A stretch of DNA of 36,930 bases from Octopus sinensis (Eukaryota), in NCBI RefSeq assembly GCF_006345805.1, contig NW_021824711.1, forward strand, positions 1-36,930, in the 5' to 3' direction. A program made the translations under genes and the position numbers. Below are positions 34,855 through 36,930 of this stretch, piece by piece. The notes below the pieces were generated by a model, which saw nothing but the letters and a program-made list of their open reading frames with translations, was not told the origin of the DNA and made no database searches. Within the stretch, counting starts at the first letter, position 1; every line of letters starts with the position of its first letter.

Positions 34855-35204
34855 TGAAAAGGTTGCAAGACGCAATGAAAAGTTTAGAAAAATAAAAAAG
34901 AAATAAGTGGAAATTTCACCGATGAGTGTGTTAAATTATAAGGCACTAAAAGAGAATGACTCTCCCCAGACACAACAGAATAATAATAATGATTTCAAAC
35001 TTTGGCACAAGGCCAGCAATTTAAGGGGAGGGGATGAGTTGATTACATTGACCTCAGCACTCAGTTAGTACTTATTTTATCAACTCTGAAAGGATGAAAG
35101 GCAAAGTCAACCTCAACGGAATTTCAACTTGGAATGTAAAAACGGACAAAATGCTGCAAAACATTTTGCCCGGCATGCTAATAATTCTGCCAGCTCACCA
35201 CTCC

Positions 35205-35790
<586 letters not shown>

Positions 35791-35791
<1 letters not shown>

Positions 35792-35990
35792 ACCACCACA
35801 AAAATTTTAAAATATCAAGACCTAGCCAGAGAGACGAAGAAGCTGTGGACAACAAAGGTGACAATTGTTCCTGTGGTAGTTGGCATACTGACACAACACC
35901 TTAACTGCTATCTCAGAAAGTGAAGTATATTGGAATTGAGTCCTGCACAGTCAACCTGTAGGAAAGTGTCACCCTTTCTCCTGTGAAGTC
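35791..35990 (+). mobile_element. R4/Dong-like 3' fragment
   Basis: TKILKYQDLARETKKLWTTKVTIVPVVVG, directly after the triplet array. Confidence 0.6.
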
Positions 35991-36029
35991 TTAAAAATTA
36001 TTCTTGAGATCTGAGGAGACTTGCTGTCA

Positions 36030-36428
36030 TCTTTATATATAAAATTGAAGTTGTGTATGTGAGACTCTGTCTCCTCCGATTTAGATTCCTAACTACTCCC
36101 ACATTTTGCGGTGCAGTGTAACCAAAAGCGGGTATCTTATAGTCGTTATTCATATCGAGCCCTTCTGGATATTAGCGCGCGTCTACGATGAGTCTACGAT
36201 TTTAAAAATAATTTACCATCATTTTTTCCATTTTAATGCATTTTTTTCGCTAAGGGAAGTAACTCTCTAAAAATGTCTACGATGAGTCAACGTTTTTTAA
36301 AAAAATTTACCATAATTTTTTTTCCACTTTTAATGCATTTTTTTGCTATTTTTTGGCTATAACTCTCTAAAAATGCTTATATAGTTATTTCCCTTACAAA
36401 CCCGAGCAACGCGGGGCGATACTGCTAG
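36030..36428 (+). mobile_element. Non-autonomous Helitron, same family as 29843-30148, with an internal duplication
   Basis: A|TC...cccgagcaacgcgggg...CTAG|T termini. The block gtctacgatgagtc...taactctctaaaaatg occurs twice internally. Confidence 0.85.
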
Positions 36429-36479
36429 TCAAAATATAAAAAAAAATATATCCCTGCTAACTAAAGTAAAATGTAATAG

Positions 36480-36526
<47 letters not shown>

Positions 36527-36930
36527 GGGGGACGTTTAAGAAGAGACACCGGGGACGTTTAAGATGTAAGAAGGAAAATACAGAGCTCCGAAATCTATCC
36601 ACAAACATCGAAAAGAAGGACACCCTATGGAGCCAAAGATTTACTAACAAAGAATTGGACTATATCCGAGTAAGTAATACGAATTGAAATTTATTACTAT
36701 TTTCGAAACGAAATGATGTATTTTGACTCGATATTATCTCCACTTCTAACACAACACATGTAAACTTGCATGGAACAACACGATCATCCCCGACCTCAAA
36801 CACCATGTACAAAGGAACTACGAAGAAATTAAATGCCACCGATACTATTCAACCCAAGAATAACAATCGAGCGGTACGTACATTAAACCTACAACAAAAA
36901 ATGTACGAAAAACTACACGTGCGAAATAAT

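Noticed and set aside
36540-36930. Possible Penelope-like RT fragment at the right edge
   Set aside because: No diagnostic motif could be read with confidence in any frame.

Overview
Repeat-dense animal genomic DNA. The SINE/LINE families and microsatellite load look like an octopus or other coleoid cephalopod; that assignment is recall-based inference. The only host coding content is a minus-strand chitinase (GH18) locus. (1) Three consecutive, phase-compatible catalytic-domain exons (8260-8446, 4488-4725, 967-1091) carry an intact DGLDIDWE motif, and the gene continues off the left edge. (2) Upstream in transcription order lies the 3' end of another, presumably chitinase, gene whose catalytic exons were not found in the window: a candidate 17-nt micro-exon, a Pro/Thr linker exon and a terminal six-Cys CBM14 (ChtBD2) exon. 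The linker+CBM14 cassette is tandemly triplicated (about 15590-23797) and each copy has a different fate. Copy C is intact. Copy B has a frameshifted linker but an intact, diverged CBM14 exon. Copy A keeps an in-frame linker but lost its CBM14 exon and polyA signals through a 1.74-kb microhomology deletion, which leaves it phase-compatible with the downstream GH18 gene. The rest is transposon debris (tRNA-SINEs, RTE, L1/Tx1, Hero-like, R4/Dong-like, Tc1, Helitrons, a MITE), hammerhead-like motifs in TA-embedded repeats, and one SINE chimera fused to a 76% GC segment. Most ORFs in the supplied track are microsatellite or transposon artefacts.
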